A DNA stretch of 59,855 nucleotides, the filler included. It is 9 parts of 9 records of this genome, joined end to end, with 100 filler letters (N's around TTAATTAATTAA, not from the genome) between each part and the next. Parts side by side here need not be neighbours in the genome. Positions count along the whole stretch, not along the records: positions 39,231 to 45,257 come from SRR31147125_103125; positions 45,358 to 52,739 come from SRR31147125_103170; 7 more parts are not named here. One strand, 5' to 3'. Positions 42,401-52,616 of the stretch are shown piece after piece; positions within the stretch are counted from its first letter, which is position 1; each line of letters starts with the position of its first letter. Below the pieces are notes generated by a model, which was not told where the DNA came from, ran no database searches, and was given only the letters and a program-made list of their open reading frames with translations. The translations under genes were made by a program, and so were the position numbers.

Positions 42401-45257
42401 CCAACATCGTTTCCCCCTTGTGATGGGGCACACCTGGCGAGTCAATCAATACAGCACGAAGGTGTGTGTGTGTGTGTGCCACCTGATGGCCCTCAAACCC
42501 TGGTTCATCCAAGGGTGGGATCAGTTCGTTCTCAGAACATGTGAATGTCCTTTCACGGAATTCATTGATGGCCAGTGATTCGAAACCTGCTCCTACTCAA
42601 CCACACATTGCGTATAGTGAAACATACCATAGTGAAAAGGAGATAACCAATACGCCCAGATCCAGGGGCGTGGGATCTGTCCTTCTTGAATAAGAAACCC
42701 CGAGAACAAGACAAGAATGGAAAGAAGGGCGGGTGCAACGGCGCCCGCCACTTCGATGATCGGGGATAATGTGCACACAAGACGAACTGGGGTCACGTTC
42801 AGACATTCCATCTCTCTCTCTCAATGCACTCGCCCATCACCGGTACCGTAGGAAGTTGCAGCTTGTTGCAAGATTCCTAATTCGGCAAGAAAGATCCTGG
42901 GCAAGGGTGTGAATCCATCATGAGCGTGCATTGCATGTGTGTGCATACCAGAAATGTGTTCCTCCGTCACTTTTGTTGAGACCGATCGTCCAGTAACTGA
43001 ATTCTCGTCAGAAGAGGGGCAGTCTCATCTCTCATCCTCCACAGGCGCACATAATAAGGGAGTAGACGAGTGTCTCGGAAACTCCAACAAGGAACTCCAC
43101 CAGCAATGTGGAGAGATAGTAAGCTTTGTTCCGGTAGAATTTTGCCTCTCGTTGTGCATACAGGACCTGTCTAGAAGCGTCAGGCACGTACGTCTCTCAA
43201 GAATCGGCCGTACATCGCGTTCCAGGAACACGGGCCCTGCCGAAAGGTGTTCGTTCATCCATGCGTTGATCCATCCACAACACACGCGCACGGACCAATA
43301 ACCATCATCGACCCAAATACCACCTGTGCGACAACGGGAAAGATGACAGAAAGACGATTCTGTGCTCCCCGCTGATCCGTCCCGAGGTTAATGAAGGCAA
43401 GGCCCACCATCAAACTCATAATGATGGCACGGGCCGCACGGGCACGGAGATTTGCGCGTGTACGCAGTGTCACTTTGACGGCTCTGGATGTAAGGCCAAT
43501 CTGTCACGTCTGTCCGGATGAATCGACACCACACACAAAGAGGACGCACCTCTGAAAACAGACCTTGAACTGGCCCCATTCGGACAAAACATACCGAGGA
43601 ATGTCGGCAACTTCGTCAAAGATCGTCGGAGGCTCAGAGTTAATGGCCTTTGTAACTTTTTCGGCTTCTTCTGAGTCCTCGTACAGTCGAACGAGCTGCA
43701 AGAATAAGGATACACCCCACAGCATACGCACACATCAACCAAACCTCTTCCGGAGTTGTCGGAGCATCACTTTCGGGGTCTGCAAACTTACTTGGATTTC
43801 CCACAACTTCACCTGCGTACTGCGTGTCATCCATCGTGTAGTCCAGTGGGCAGAAAACAGACAACACACTCAAGAAGGATGCCGGATTCACATAATCGGG
43901 ACAGGGAAGACCCAATTTGGCGAAATAGGGAACGGCGTTCTCCCGAGGTCCAAAGTACGCTGTCTGGCCTTTGGTCAGAAGCAACACGTGGGTGAACTTG
44001 GCAAAGATCTCGGGACCGGGTTGGAGGAGAGAGATAATGGCGGGCATGGAAATGACTTGACAGAGCGTCCGCACGATCTCAATGATATCCCGTGCGGCCG
44101 GGGCGTCCAATCCGGAGGTGGGTTCTGAGGGATTGTTAACTGTGTGTAGAGATGACACAACTCCAGTACACTTACCATCCATCATCCAGACGGCTGCATC
44201 CTTTGCGAATTCGACTACACACCTTATGTCGGCGATTCGTCGTCCATGCTATCATTCCATTAAACGCACCTCCGAGAGTCAGACGTTTCATCTCTCCCCC
44301 GAGATGCCACGGATAAGGTTGTCTCCCACGACACACGTGGCAACATGCTTGAGACCCAAGGTGTGAAGAATAACTTCAATCCTCTTCCTTCTGTTCGGCT
44401 GAGCTTGGGGCAACAGACAGTCTGCGGCAAATTGAAGAACCTCACGGACGGTAAGCGTTGGAATGTGGAGATTCTCCTGAGATGAATGAAAATGTCAAAG
44501 ATCGAAGGATGGGAAGAGTGCACACCTGAGCAACGTAGCCGATCATCCGGTTGGCGTTGGGTCCGGGTGGCTTCCCTCCAATCAATACTTGACCCGATGT
44601 GAAGTGCAAGCGACTGGATAACAAACGAAGAAGAGTTGTCTTGCCACAGCCCGGTGGTCCAAGAACGAGAACAAGCATACCCGGCTGGAATGGATCCCAC
44701 CCACACGATCAACCAAGGCCTTCCTATCCGCACACAAACCTCTACGAAACCAGAGACCTTCTTCAAGATCTCCTTCTCCACAAAAGTCTTCTTCCTGATC
44801 CAAGGAATCATGTAGAAGATATTCTGCAAAAAGGTCTCCGGAGGTGTGTAGACCTCAGTGCGCACAACATAGCTCAGATCTCGCCAGAGGCAGGAGAGTC
44901 CGGAGAAGTCCTCGAACGCCTGTGTCTTCTCCTCTTCCAAGTATCCTGCTAGATCGAAGGTGGGTCGAATGTAGAGCCTGTGAGGACGTGAAAACACAAG
45001 TGGGGAACCTGACGGAAGAGACCAACCCCCGAACCTGTCTCCCTTGTATCGAATACCGATATCTCTGGACGAGCTTGCGGGATCGTGACGCATGGGTGGA
45101 CCACGGATGCGGGGATTACGTGAAAGGGCGGTAGTGGTAGTGGAGGAGGGGACATCATAGGGAGCCACAGGTACGCGGTTCCCATCCTCGAATGGCTGTT
45201 CGGAGTAGCCATTTCCGTCCGTCGCCAGAAACGTTAAGCGTGACCCGAAACGCCACC
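39405..45257 (-). CDS. Eukaryotic full-size ABCG/PDR transporter gene (NBD-TMD-NBD-TMD) with about 31 spliceosomal introns; 5' end probably incomplete
   Basis: Manual splicing of GT..AG introns gives [13 protein letters not shown](G)[83 protein letters not shown] and NPADFVLE; ends [10 protein letters not shown] at 39405. Two G-run frameshifts (near 44297 and 42414) must be assumed. Confidence 0.93.
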
Positions 45258-45357
45258 NNNNNNNNNNNNNNNNNNNNNNNNNNNNNNNNNNNNNNNNNNN
45301 NTTAATTAATTAANNNNNNNNNNNNNNNNNNNNNNNNNNNNNNNNNNNNNNNNNNNN

Positions 45358-45585
45358 AAAAAGATATGAAAAAGCTTTGAGGCTAAATGGAGCGGTGCAT
45401 CAAAAGTTTGATGAACTAGGAATTACGATGCCCGGAGGTTGGTTTTGGTCGGAATTGCTAGATAAATATATTGGAGAAGCCATTAATACCGTTGGACCGG
45501 AACAGGCTCAGGTGTTAGATCAAGAGGAAGAAAGATGGGCTTTGAAAAAGCTATGGAATATGCACTGGATTTTGATAAGGATTAG
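45358..45585 (+). CDS. C-terminus of a TPR/ATPase- or kinase-type signalling protein, 5' partial
   Basis: RYEKALRLNGA...GPEQAQ, then after a one-base shift GRKMGFEKAMEYALDFDKD*, resembling the EGRAMSLEQAVAYAL-type tail. Confidence 0.55.
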
Positions 45586-45603
45586 TTGAAGAGGTCTCTA
45601 TTA

Positions 45604-45672
45604 ATGATCGGAAAGACTATATCACACTACAAAATCCCAGAAAAACTCGGCGAAGGTGGTATAGATAGATAA
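45604..45672 (+). pseudogene. Ser/Thr protein kinase N-terminal stub
   Basis: MIGKTISHYKIPEKLGEGG followed at once by IDR*; this is the typical start of Hanks-type kinases. Confidence 0.75.
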
Positions 45673-45689
45673 ATTCGAGATAAAAAGAT

Positions 45690-45950
45690 GTGAGCAAAGA
45701 AAAACCTAAAATCTTCCTCAGCTGTGCCCACGCCGATATTGGCATGGCAAAACGGATCAATCAACACCTGAAACACTATGAACTGGATATATGGTTTCAT
45801 AATGAGTCGTTGTTAGCTTGCCAGAACTGCAAGTTTGACATCAACAAAGCCATTAAGAACAGCACACAGTTTGTTGCGTGACTCTCCAAAGAGTCCATTG
45901 ACAAAGTCGAGTATGTGCAGAAGGAATTGAGGATGCAATTGAAATGCTCG
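45690..45950 (+). pseudogene. Degraded TIR-domain gene
   Basis: KIFLSCAHAD...DIWFHNESLL...INKAIKNS.QFVA*LSKES...YVQKEL with an internal TGA at 45879. Confidence 0.75.
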
Positions 45951-46352
45951 ATAGACATCCACTGTCGAACACATACAATAAAATTGAGAAAGATGCAGAA
46001 TCAAAAATTTTGTATTAAAAGTGAATCAAATAAAAGCCTTGCTTTTAAATAAAGAATCTCTTGATTTTAAGCGAAAAGCGTCCACATTGTTCTAAGGACA
46101 TACAAGGATTCCTCTTCAATCAGCATCGAGAGATTCTTGAACACTGCTTTCGCCATATTTTCGCTTTTCGATTGTTAGTCGACATGTGGATCAAACGAAA
46201 GCATTAACACACCTACTACATCTTTAGGAAAAGGTTGTATCTTTTGGTTAGGCGAGCAGTTCCGGTCCTTAACGAGACGTGATCCAGGTATTATTCGCGT
46301 TAAAGCAAAGAAGCCTCCTACAATCAATCAGAAATATAGAAAGAGAAAATGT

Positions 46353-47888
46353 TTGGCTAATAAAGTCGATATAGCTGACAACGACGCCCATCTCAACATC
46401 GTCGAACTAGCAGAAATTCTCTCACGCCAAATTGAATATGGGGAGATTGCCCGGTTTGTGTCGCAAAAAGCTGTTAGCACACTTGGGGCAGAAGTGGCAC
46501 TCATTTTAATGATCAATCCGCAAACTCGGCATACAGTGAAGACTATTTTCAGGCAAGGCTATGAAATCGAGCATCCCCGCTATCGGGCCGTGCAAAATCT
46601 TATCAGCGGATGGATCATGAAACATAAAGAAGCATTTTGTTGTGCAGATATTCGGAAGGATCCACAATTTAAACAGCTCAAGCTGAATAATCTCGATATC
46701 AAATCAGTGTTGGGTGTGCCATTCCGCATGGAAAATTCAATATTCGGCACGATAATCCTGTTTCGTAAAAAATCAGATCCATCCTACCGTGAGCACCATA
46801 AGAATACACTGGAGCAAATCGCGCTTATTGCTGCTCCTTATGTGCGTAATGTCCAGAAAATCCAGCAATATTTTGAAGCGCCGATGCATAAAACAGCGCT
46901 ATTGGATAAGTATAAAAAATTGGGGCTTTTAGGTAAAAGCAGACGCTTCATTGAAATGCTTCAGGCGATTGAAGCGGCTTCCCGTTGTGATGTCAGAGTG
47001 TTGCTGGAAGGATCTAGTGGAACCGGGAAGGAGCTAGTTGCAAAAGCGATTCATATATTAAGTGCCCGCAGCTCCGGGCCTTTTATTGCCCTCGACTGCG
47101 GCGCCATTCCAACGAATTTATTGGAGAGTGAACTGTTTGGTCATGTGAAAGGCGCTTTCACCGGCGCAAATTATGATCGCATGGGTCTGCTGGAAGAGGC
47201 AAACGGTGGTACGCTTTTTATGGATGAAATTGTTAACCTGCCGCTTGATATGCAGTCGAAATTAATGCGTGTGTTGCAGGAAGGGGAAATCCGACCGGTG
47301 GGAAGTAACAAGGCCCGCAAAGTTGACGTGCGTATTATTTCTGCTGCCAGTGTATCGCTGCAAAAAATGATAGAGAAACAACTATTTCGTGAGGATTTAT
47401 TTTATCGCTTGTATGTGTATCCGATTTTAATTCCTTCTCTCGATGCCCGCAGCGAAGATATTCCCACATTAGCGAATCACTTTCTGAAAAAATATGCAAA
47501 ACAGCAGAACAAAAAAGCTGAGCTATTTCATGCAGACATGTTGCATTATTTGAAAAATCGTAACTGGCACGGCAATGTACGCGAGCTGGAAAATATCGTA
47601 GAAAGGTTAGTCACACTTGCTACTGTTGACATGGTCGAGTTGAATCATGAAATTTTGCCTCGCGATTTGCTGAAGGAATTCAAAGAAATGAAATTTGAGA
47701 TTGAGGACCATGACGTCCCGAGGTCATTATCTGAAAGCATTGATGAATACGAGAAAGATCTCATCCGCCAGGCGTTAATTAGACACAATTGGAATCAGGC
47801 TAAGGCCGCCCGGGCACTGAAGATTCCCAAACAAACCATTGGTTATAAAATGCAAAAATTGGGAATAAAAAAACCTGAATCAGATTAG
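46353..47888 (+). CDS. Sigma54-dependent transcriptional activator (GAF-AAA+-Fis HTH)
   Basis: GAF domain, GSSGTGKEL, ESELFGHVKGAFTGA, WHGNVRELEN, HTH. Confidence 0.93.
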   Translation: MANKVDIADNDAHLNIVELAEILSRQIEYGEIARFVSQKAVSTLGAEVALILMINPQTRHTVKTIFRQGYEIEHPRYRAVQNLISGWIMKHKEAFCCADIRKDPQFKQLKLNNLDIKSVLGVPFRMENSIFGTIILFRKKSDPSYREHHKNTLEQIALIAAPYVRNVQKIQQYFEAPMHKTALLDKYKKLGLLGKSRRFIEMLQAIEAASRCDVRVLLEGSSGTGKELVAKAIHILSARSSGPFIALDCGAIPTNLLESELFGHVKGAFTGANYDRMGLLEEANGGTLFMDEIVNLPLDMQSKLMRVLQEGEIRPVGSNKARKVDVRIISAASVSLQKMIEKQLFREDLFYRLYVYPILIPSLDARSEDIPTLANHFLKKYAKQQNKKAELFHADMLHYLKNRNWHGNVRELENIVERLVTLATVDMVELNHEILPRDLLKEFKEMKFEIEDHDVPRSLSESIDEYEKDLIRQALIRHNWNQAKAARALKIPKQTIGYKMQKLGIKKPESD

Positions 47889-48158
47889 CTGATGGATCAC
47901 CCTTTACATCCCCGGTTTTCATTACAACACATTTCATAATTCTTCAAATAGCTGCTATTTCATTACTCCCTTCATTTAAAAACATCATAAAATCTGTACA
48001 AAAATATTTACCCCTAACCTCCACAAAAACAGTCTCCATTTTTTAGTCCAATGATTGAGCCCGAAAGCGATTGAAATGGGTAAATGTGCATTTGTTGGAC
48101 TTTGACTAACCTATTATTATTTAATGTTTTGACATGGTATGAAAAATGAAATAAAAGC

Positions 48159-48174
48159 TGGCATGTTTATTGAA
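48159..48174 (+). promoter_or_regulatory. Candidate sigma54 promoter (variant -12)
   Basis: TGGCATGTTTATTGAA downstream of the activator gene; inverted AGTCCAA/TTGGACT half-sites upstream. Confidence 0.5.
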
Positions 48175-48357
48175 TATAGAAGCTTTGAGACAGCAAAAAA
48201 CAATTTTCTAATAACAGCAACCTTTGAACAAGAGTTAAGCAATTGACTTAACTAGCACCAAACCATTAAAGGAGGTGATGACAAAATCAAATTGAGTGTA
48301 TTCAAATCACTTAAATCATAATTCTGAAAGAAGCAATGTCATGTTGAAAAATCAGTT

Positions 48358-48777
48358 ATGTTGGTCTCTCTTGTATTCATTTTCGCCTGTGTAGTTTTTG
48401 CTACTGTTCCACAAAAAATCAACTATCAGGGATATCTTGCAGATGGCAGTGGCACCCCAATTATATCAACGACACCCCTTAAAATCACTATTAAAATTTA
48501 CAGCTCGGCATCAACAGCAATCCATTTATGGATGGCAACTTGTAGTATTCGCGTTAATGATGGTATGTTTAACGTAACATTAGGGAGTCCTGATTATTTG
48601 GGTGCTAACAAGGAAATTCCATACACCGTATTTAATGGCGACGTAAGATGGCTGGGTACATCTGTCAGTGGTGAGCCTGAAATGACGTCACGTAAAAAGT
48701 ATACCAGTGTTGCCTACAGTTTCAAACAAGATGTGGAATATAGCATAAAAATTCAAGGAGGAAATTTATCATGTTAA
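48358..48777 (+). CDS. Secreted hypothetical protein (VPQKINYQG-type domain), possibly truncated
   Basis: Signal peptide, VPQKINYQGYL, GMFNVTLG, RWLG and SVAYS motifs. Confidence 0.6.
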   Translation: MLVSLVFIFACVVFATVPQKINYQGYLADGSGTPIISTTPLKITIKIYSSASTAIHLWMATCSIRVNDGMFNVTLGSPDYLGANKEIPYTVFNGDVRWLGTSVSGEPEMTSRKKYTSVAYSFKQDVEYSIKIQGGNLSC

Positions 48778-49520
48778 AACGAAATTTTAAAACATCATGG
48801 ACGACGATTCTTATCATCGCAATTCTGGTTTTGTATAGTGATTGCGGCAAGGATCAACCTACAAAGGTTACAACATTACAGGAAGAACCTAAGACAGGTA
48901 CAGTAACGGATATAGATGGAAATGTCTATAAAACCGTGATAATAGGCAGTCAATGGTGGATGGCAGAGAATCTGAAGGTAACCCATTACCGTAATGGTGA
49001 GGCCATCCCCTTGGCAAACACAACTGCTGAGTGGAATGAAAAAAAAGATAGTGGTTGCCTTTATTGTAATCCTGATTTTAATACATCACTTGGGAAGGAG
49101 CGTGGCCTAATGTACAATTGGTATGCAGCAGTTGATAATAGAAAAATCGCTCCTGAGGGATGGCATGTACCGAGTGATGCAGAATGGAAAACATTGGCTG
49201 ATCGCCTTGGAGGTTTAAGTGTAGCCGGCGGCGCAATGAAAGAACAGGGTACGGATCATTGGCAAGCACCTAATACTGGCGCAACTAATTCAAGTGGGTT
49301 TACCGCAATACCTTCCGGAGTCACAATACCTTCCGGGGTGACTGGAGCTGGAGATGGAGGTCATATTTATACGGATATATTCGCCAATTACTGGAGTTCA
49401 ACAGAAGTCGACGCTTACAAGGCAAGGGAATATGCAATTAGAACCAATCTTGTTGATTTGCAAAGTCGGGATGTAGATAAGAATTTTGGCCTTGCCATTC
49501 GCTGTATAAAGGATGATTGA
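48771..49520 (+). CDS. FISUMP (Fibrobacter succinogenes major paralogous) domain lipoprotein
   Basis: DIDGNVYKTV.IG.QWWMAENL, YNWYA, PEGWHVPSDAEW, YWSST and IRCIKD motifs. Confidence 0.9.
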   Translation: MLKRNFKTSWTTILIIAILVLYSDCGKDQPTKVTTLQEEPKTGTVTDIDGNVYKTVIIGSQWWMAENLKVTHYRNGEAIPLANTTAEWNEKKDSGCLYCNPDFNTSLGKERGLMYNWYAAVDNRKIAPEGWHVPSDAEWKTLADRLGGLSVAGGAMKEQGTDHWQAPNTGATNSSGFTAIPSGVTIPSGVTGAGDGGHIYTDIFANYWSSTEVDAYKAREYAIRTNLVDLQSRDVDKNFGLAIRCIKDD

Positions 49521-49596
49521 TTATTTTGTTTTGGTCTCTGATAGGAATAAACTCATCATATACAATATTTTGTATTATTTTACTTTAAATTTAACA

Positions 49597-49614
49597 GCTT
49601 AACCATTGCTTGTA
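49597..49614 (+). other. Putative left arm (R''/L'') of a truncated attC site
   Basis: GCTTAAC-CATTGCTTGTA parallels AGCTAAC-CAAGCGTTTGTA of the intact attC at 50633. Confidence 0.4.
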
Positions 49615-49626
49615 ATTTATTGTAAA

Positions 49627-49914
49627 CCAGGGCATGATCGGATAGCCGACAGGAACGCGCTGGATACCATGAACTAAGGAAACGCCGGATCAGTCGTCAA
49701 CTGGCGTGGAACACGACTAAATCCGCTCATGGCCCGTGGCGATTGAGTCGTAGTCCAGCATTATCGATTGCATTACCCGGTCAATACTTTGACTCGATGG
49801 GACTGCCACGGTTACACGTTCAATAAACATAACCGATCGAATCGCCCTGGTACGTGATCCGTATGCCGGGTGCTGTAGCAGGAGCAAGGTCGTGAGACCT
49901 CGCCCTATCCTGAT
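49627..49914 (+). mobile_element. Group IIC(-attC) intron remnant: RT/maturase C-terminus plus domains V-VI
   Basis: 49656-49826 encodes RAGYHELRKRRISRQLAWNTTKSAHGPWRLSRSPALSIALPGQYFDSMGLPRLHVQ*; DV GAATCGCCCTGGTACGTGATCCGTATGCCGGGTGCTGT; DVI AGGTCGTGAGACCT; ends CCTATCCTGAT, followed by TAGACTC. Confidence 0.88.
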
Positions 49915-49959
49915 TAGACTCTCAACGCACTAAATGTGTAATTAGAACTTGTATAACTT

Positions 49960-50587
49960 GTGGAGGGAAATAGAAAATTTAAAGCTAAAAACTCTAAAAA
50001 ATCTGTCTAGTAATTCTTTAATACTATTAGTTATTGGATCTATAATAGGCTCTTTCATTATACCCTCGATTAGTTCTTAATCAAATCAGCAAAAACTATT
50101 ACAAGAGACAAGATTAAAAAAAACAATTGAAATTGTTACGCGCGACTCAGAAATTAATCGCCAGTTAAATACTATTCAAACGACCCTAGAGCTGTTCCAT
50201 AAGGATAACCTCAGCGGTGTTACTAATCTTGATGATTACAAGGAAGCCCAAAAAGAACTTTGTGAGCATATAAATGTGCTTTATCTTGAGCTCAACAAAT
50301 ACGCCTGGTGGTGGCATTGGGATATATACCAAGAAGCAATTATACTTGATTTAGCCTATAAAAATGAATTGCAGACCATTAGCGATACTCTAACAGCCTA
50401 TAAAAAAGGTTGAGTGAAAGTATTGGAACTCTATACTTTTTCATTCGAGTGTCTTAAGGAGAATTATGATCCAGCTGATACAACGGTTACCATTAAAATG
50501 GAAAAGACTCACGAAAATTTGACAAATTTAAGGATTAAACGCGATGAACAGATAAGCAAGATTGCCCAAGTAATTATGTCGAAATAG
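49960..50587 (+). pseudogene. Degraded AT-rich gene-cassette ORF (N-terminal TM, helical)
   Basis: Fragments NSLILLVIGSIIGSFIIPSISS*SNQQKLLQETRLKK...KYAWWWHWDIYQEA...KRDEQISKIAQVIMSK*; lies between TAGAC and the attC. Confidence 0.55.
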
Positions 50588-50632
50588 ACTTGATATAAAG
50601 TTATGAGAGTTGTTTGAAAATTGCGCAGGGGC

Positions 50633-50761
50633 AGCTAACCAAGCGTTTGTATCCGATTGCGGGTTCTGTGCATTTATAAAAGTTCGGAGAATTCTTAAGT
50701 TTGGAGAGTTAATCAAGTTTGGTGGTCGAAGCCGCCAACGGCTGAAACGTGTTCGTTAGGC
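50633..50761 (+). other. Integron attC recombination site (129 bp)
   Basis: R'' AGCTAAC and R' GTTAGGC; arms CGTTTGTATCCGATTGCGG and CCGCCAACGGCTGAAACG pair with bulged G and A; AT-rich variable centre. Confidence 0.8.
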
Positions 50762-50876
50762 AATGATAATTACCCATAAGATTTGAAAGTAGGTGACGCC
50801 TTTGCTTGTATGACATTGGTTTTATATTGTTCTTGAGAGAACTTGTTATATTTACCAATTCCAGGAAGAACAAACA

Positions 50877-52616
50877 ATGTTGTCAACCAAAAAAGTATTT
50901 ATGTTATTTTTTGTTTTTATACTTTTACTTACAATGAATGATTTCATTTTTTCAGCAACTTTTCTCGTTACCAACTCACTAGACAGCGGTCCAGGCTCAC
51001 TGCGCCAGGCGATTATCGATGCTAACAATAGTCCTGGTGAGGATAACATTGAATTCAATATCGCTGGGCAAGGTCCGCATGTAATTCAAGTGGAAGATGT
51101 GTTTCCATTTGTTAATGATCATGTGAATATTGATGGATATACACAACCTGGCGCTTTGCCAGCAACAGAAATTCAAGCGGCAGTAATAAAAATTGTATTA
51201 AATGGTGGCCTGGTTTCTGAGCCTTCCAGTCGCCCATTTGCAGGCCTGAATATTGGAAATAATTGTTCGATCCGCGGTCTGGTCATTCAGGAATTTGAAA
51301 TGGGGATCAATCTGGCTGGTGACAATAATATTGTAAAAGGTAACTATATTGGCTTGAATGTCACCGGAACAACAGCAATGGGCAATGACACAGATGGAAT
51401 TATTATTACTTCCAATCACAATACAGTTGGTGGCTCAACACCAGCTAGTCGGAATATTATTTCTGGTAACCGTGGTGATGGCGTTGCCATATTCTTTAAT
51501 TCACATTATAATACGATCATTGGTAATTATATAGGTACCGATGCAACTGGAGGATTTGCCATTGCCAATGTTTGGCAAGGCATTTCGATTAGCGGAAACG
51601 GCAATCAAGTTGGAAGTGAAAATCCTGGGGAGGGCAATGTTATATCCGGTAATCCAGGACATGGTGTTTATATTTCTATCTGGAGTGATGAGCATGATGT
51701 GCCAATTAATAACAGAGTAATAGGAAATAGAATTGGTACAAATGCTACCGGTACAATTCAATTATCAAATGGTCACGGGATAACGATAAACACTGCTGCA
51801 AAGACGACGATTGCGAATAATCTTATTTCAGGCAATGAAGATTCGGGAATATCGATTGATAATGAATATGCTGACGGTAATCTCATCACTCAAAATTCTA
51901 TCCACTCCAATGGCATGTTAGGAATTGACCTAAATATCGATTGGGTAACTGAAAATGATCCAGGTGATGGCGATGCTGGCGCTAACAATTCGATGAATTT
52001 TCCTGTACTAACTTCAGCTATGGCTACCCCGGGCAGAATTGTCCTCAAGGGTTATATTGACTCGCCAAATCCGACAAAGATTACACTGGAATTTTTTGCC
52101 AATTCCAATCCCGATCCTACTGAATATGGTGAAGGTGAAATATTTCTTGGCACTGCGAAACCGAACACCAACGGAGAATTTACAGCAGCGTTATCATCCG
52201 TTTCGCCCGGAACTTTCATTTCCGCTACAGCAACTGATAACGACAATAACACTTCTGAGTTTGCTAAAAACATCGAAGCAGTGGGACCAGGACAATTAGG
52301 AAAATCCATTACTTATCAAGCAATCTCCTCCGCTCCTTTAGAATTTGCTTTAGCTCAGAATCACCCTAATCCATTTAATCCCGAGACTCAAATTCGTTTC
52401 CAGCTTCCCGTCGCCAGTCATGTTACGCTTAAAATTTTCAACATTCTTGGTGAAAAAGTCAGAACATTAATCAATGGTCAATATGAAGCAGGCTATCATG
52501 CTGCTCATTGGGATGGAAAATACTATAATGGAAATAATGTATCAAGTGGAATTTATATATACTACATGAAGGCAGGTACTTTTTCTCAGGTAAAGAAGCT
52601 GAGTTTAATTCGATAA
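50877..52616 (+). CDS. Secreted right-handed parallel beta-helix protein with C-terminal FlgD-Ig/sorting domain
   Basis: DSGPGSLRQAI..AN, repeated GNYIG/NIISGN, LGIDL...NDPGDGDAGAN, and C-terminal QNHPNPFNPET...WDG...SGIYIY. Confidence 0.88.
   Translation: MLSTKKVFMLFFVFILLLTMNDFIFSATFLVTNSLDSGPGSLRQAIIDANNSPGEDNIEFNIAGQGPHVIQVEDVFPFVNDHVNIDGYTQPGALPATEIQAAVIKIVLNGGLVSEPSSRPFAGLNIGNNCSIRGLVIQEFEMGINLAGDNNIVKGNYIGLNVTGTTAMGNDTDGIIITSNHNTVGGSTPASRNIISGNRGDGVAIFFNSHYNTIIGNYIGTDATGGFAIANVWQGISISGNGNQVGSENPGEGNVISGNPGHGVYISIWSDEHDVPINNRVIGNRIGTNATGTIQLSNGHGITINTAAKTTIANNLISGNEDSGISIDNEYADGNLITQNSIHSNGMLGIDLNIDWVTENDPGDGDAGANNSMNFPVLTSAMATPGRIVLKGYIDSPNPTKITLEFFANSNPDPTEYGEGEIFLGTAKPNTNGEFTAALSSVSPGTFISATATDNDNNTSEFAKNIEAVGPGQLGKSITYQAISSAPLEFALAQNHPNPFNPETQIRFQLPVASHVTLKIFNILGEKVRTLINGQYEAGYHAAHWDGKYYNGNNVSSGIYIYYMKAGTFSQVKKLSLIR

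Noticed and set aside
39405-45257. Alternative genetic code or non-canonical introns in the eukaryotic contig
   Set aside because: All in-frame stops are removed by ordinary GT-AG introns plus two G-run corrections. No reassigned codon was needed.
39231-45257. The many short ORFs listed on both strands here as separate genes
   Set aside because: They are exon fragments or antisense shadows of the single spliced ABCG gene.
45879-45881. TGA in the TIR gene as selenocysteine, or an active TIR defence system
   Set aside because: The position corresponds to a hydrophobic strand residue, other motif residues are also degraded, and no partner effector gene is present.
46068-46192. Possible structured ncRNA upstream of the GAF activator (AAGCGAAAA/TTTTCGCTT and TCCACAT/ATGTGGA pairings)
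   Set aside because: The complementary segments are short and do not nest, and I recognise no family. There is not enough support without a covariance search.
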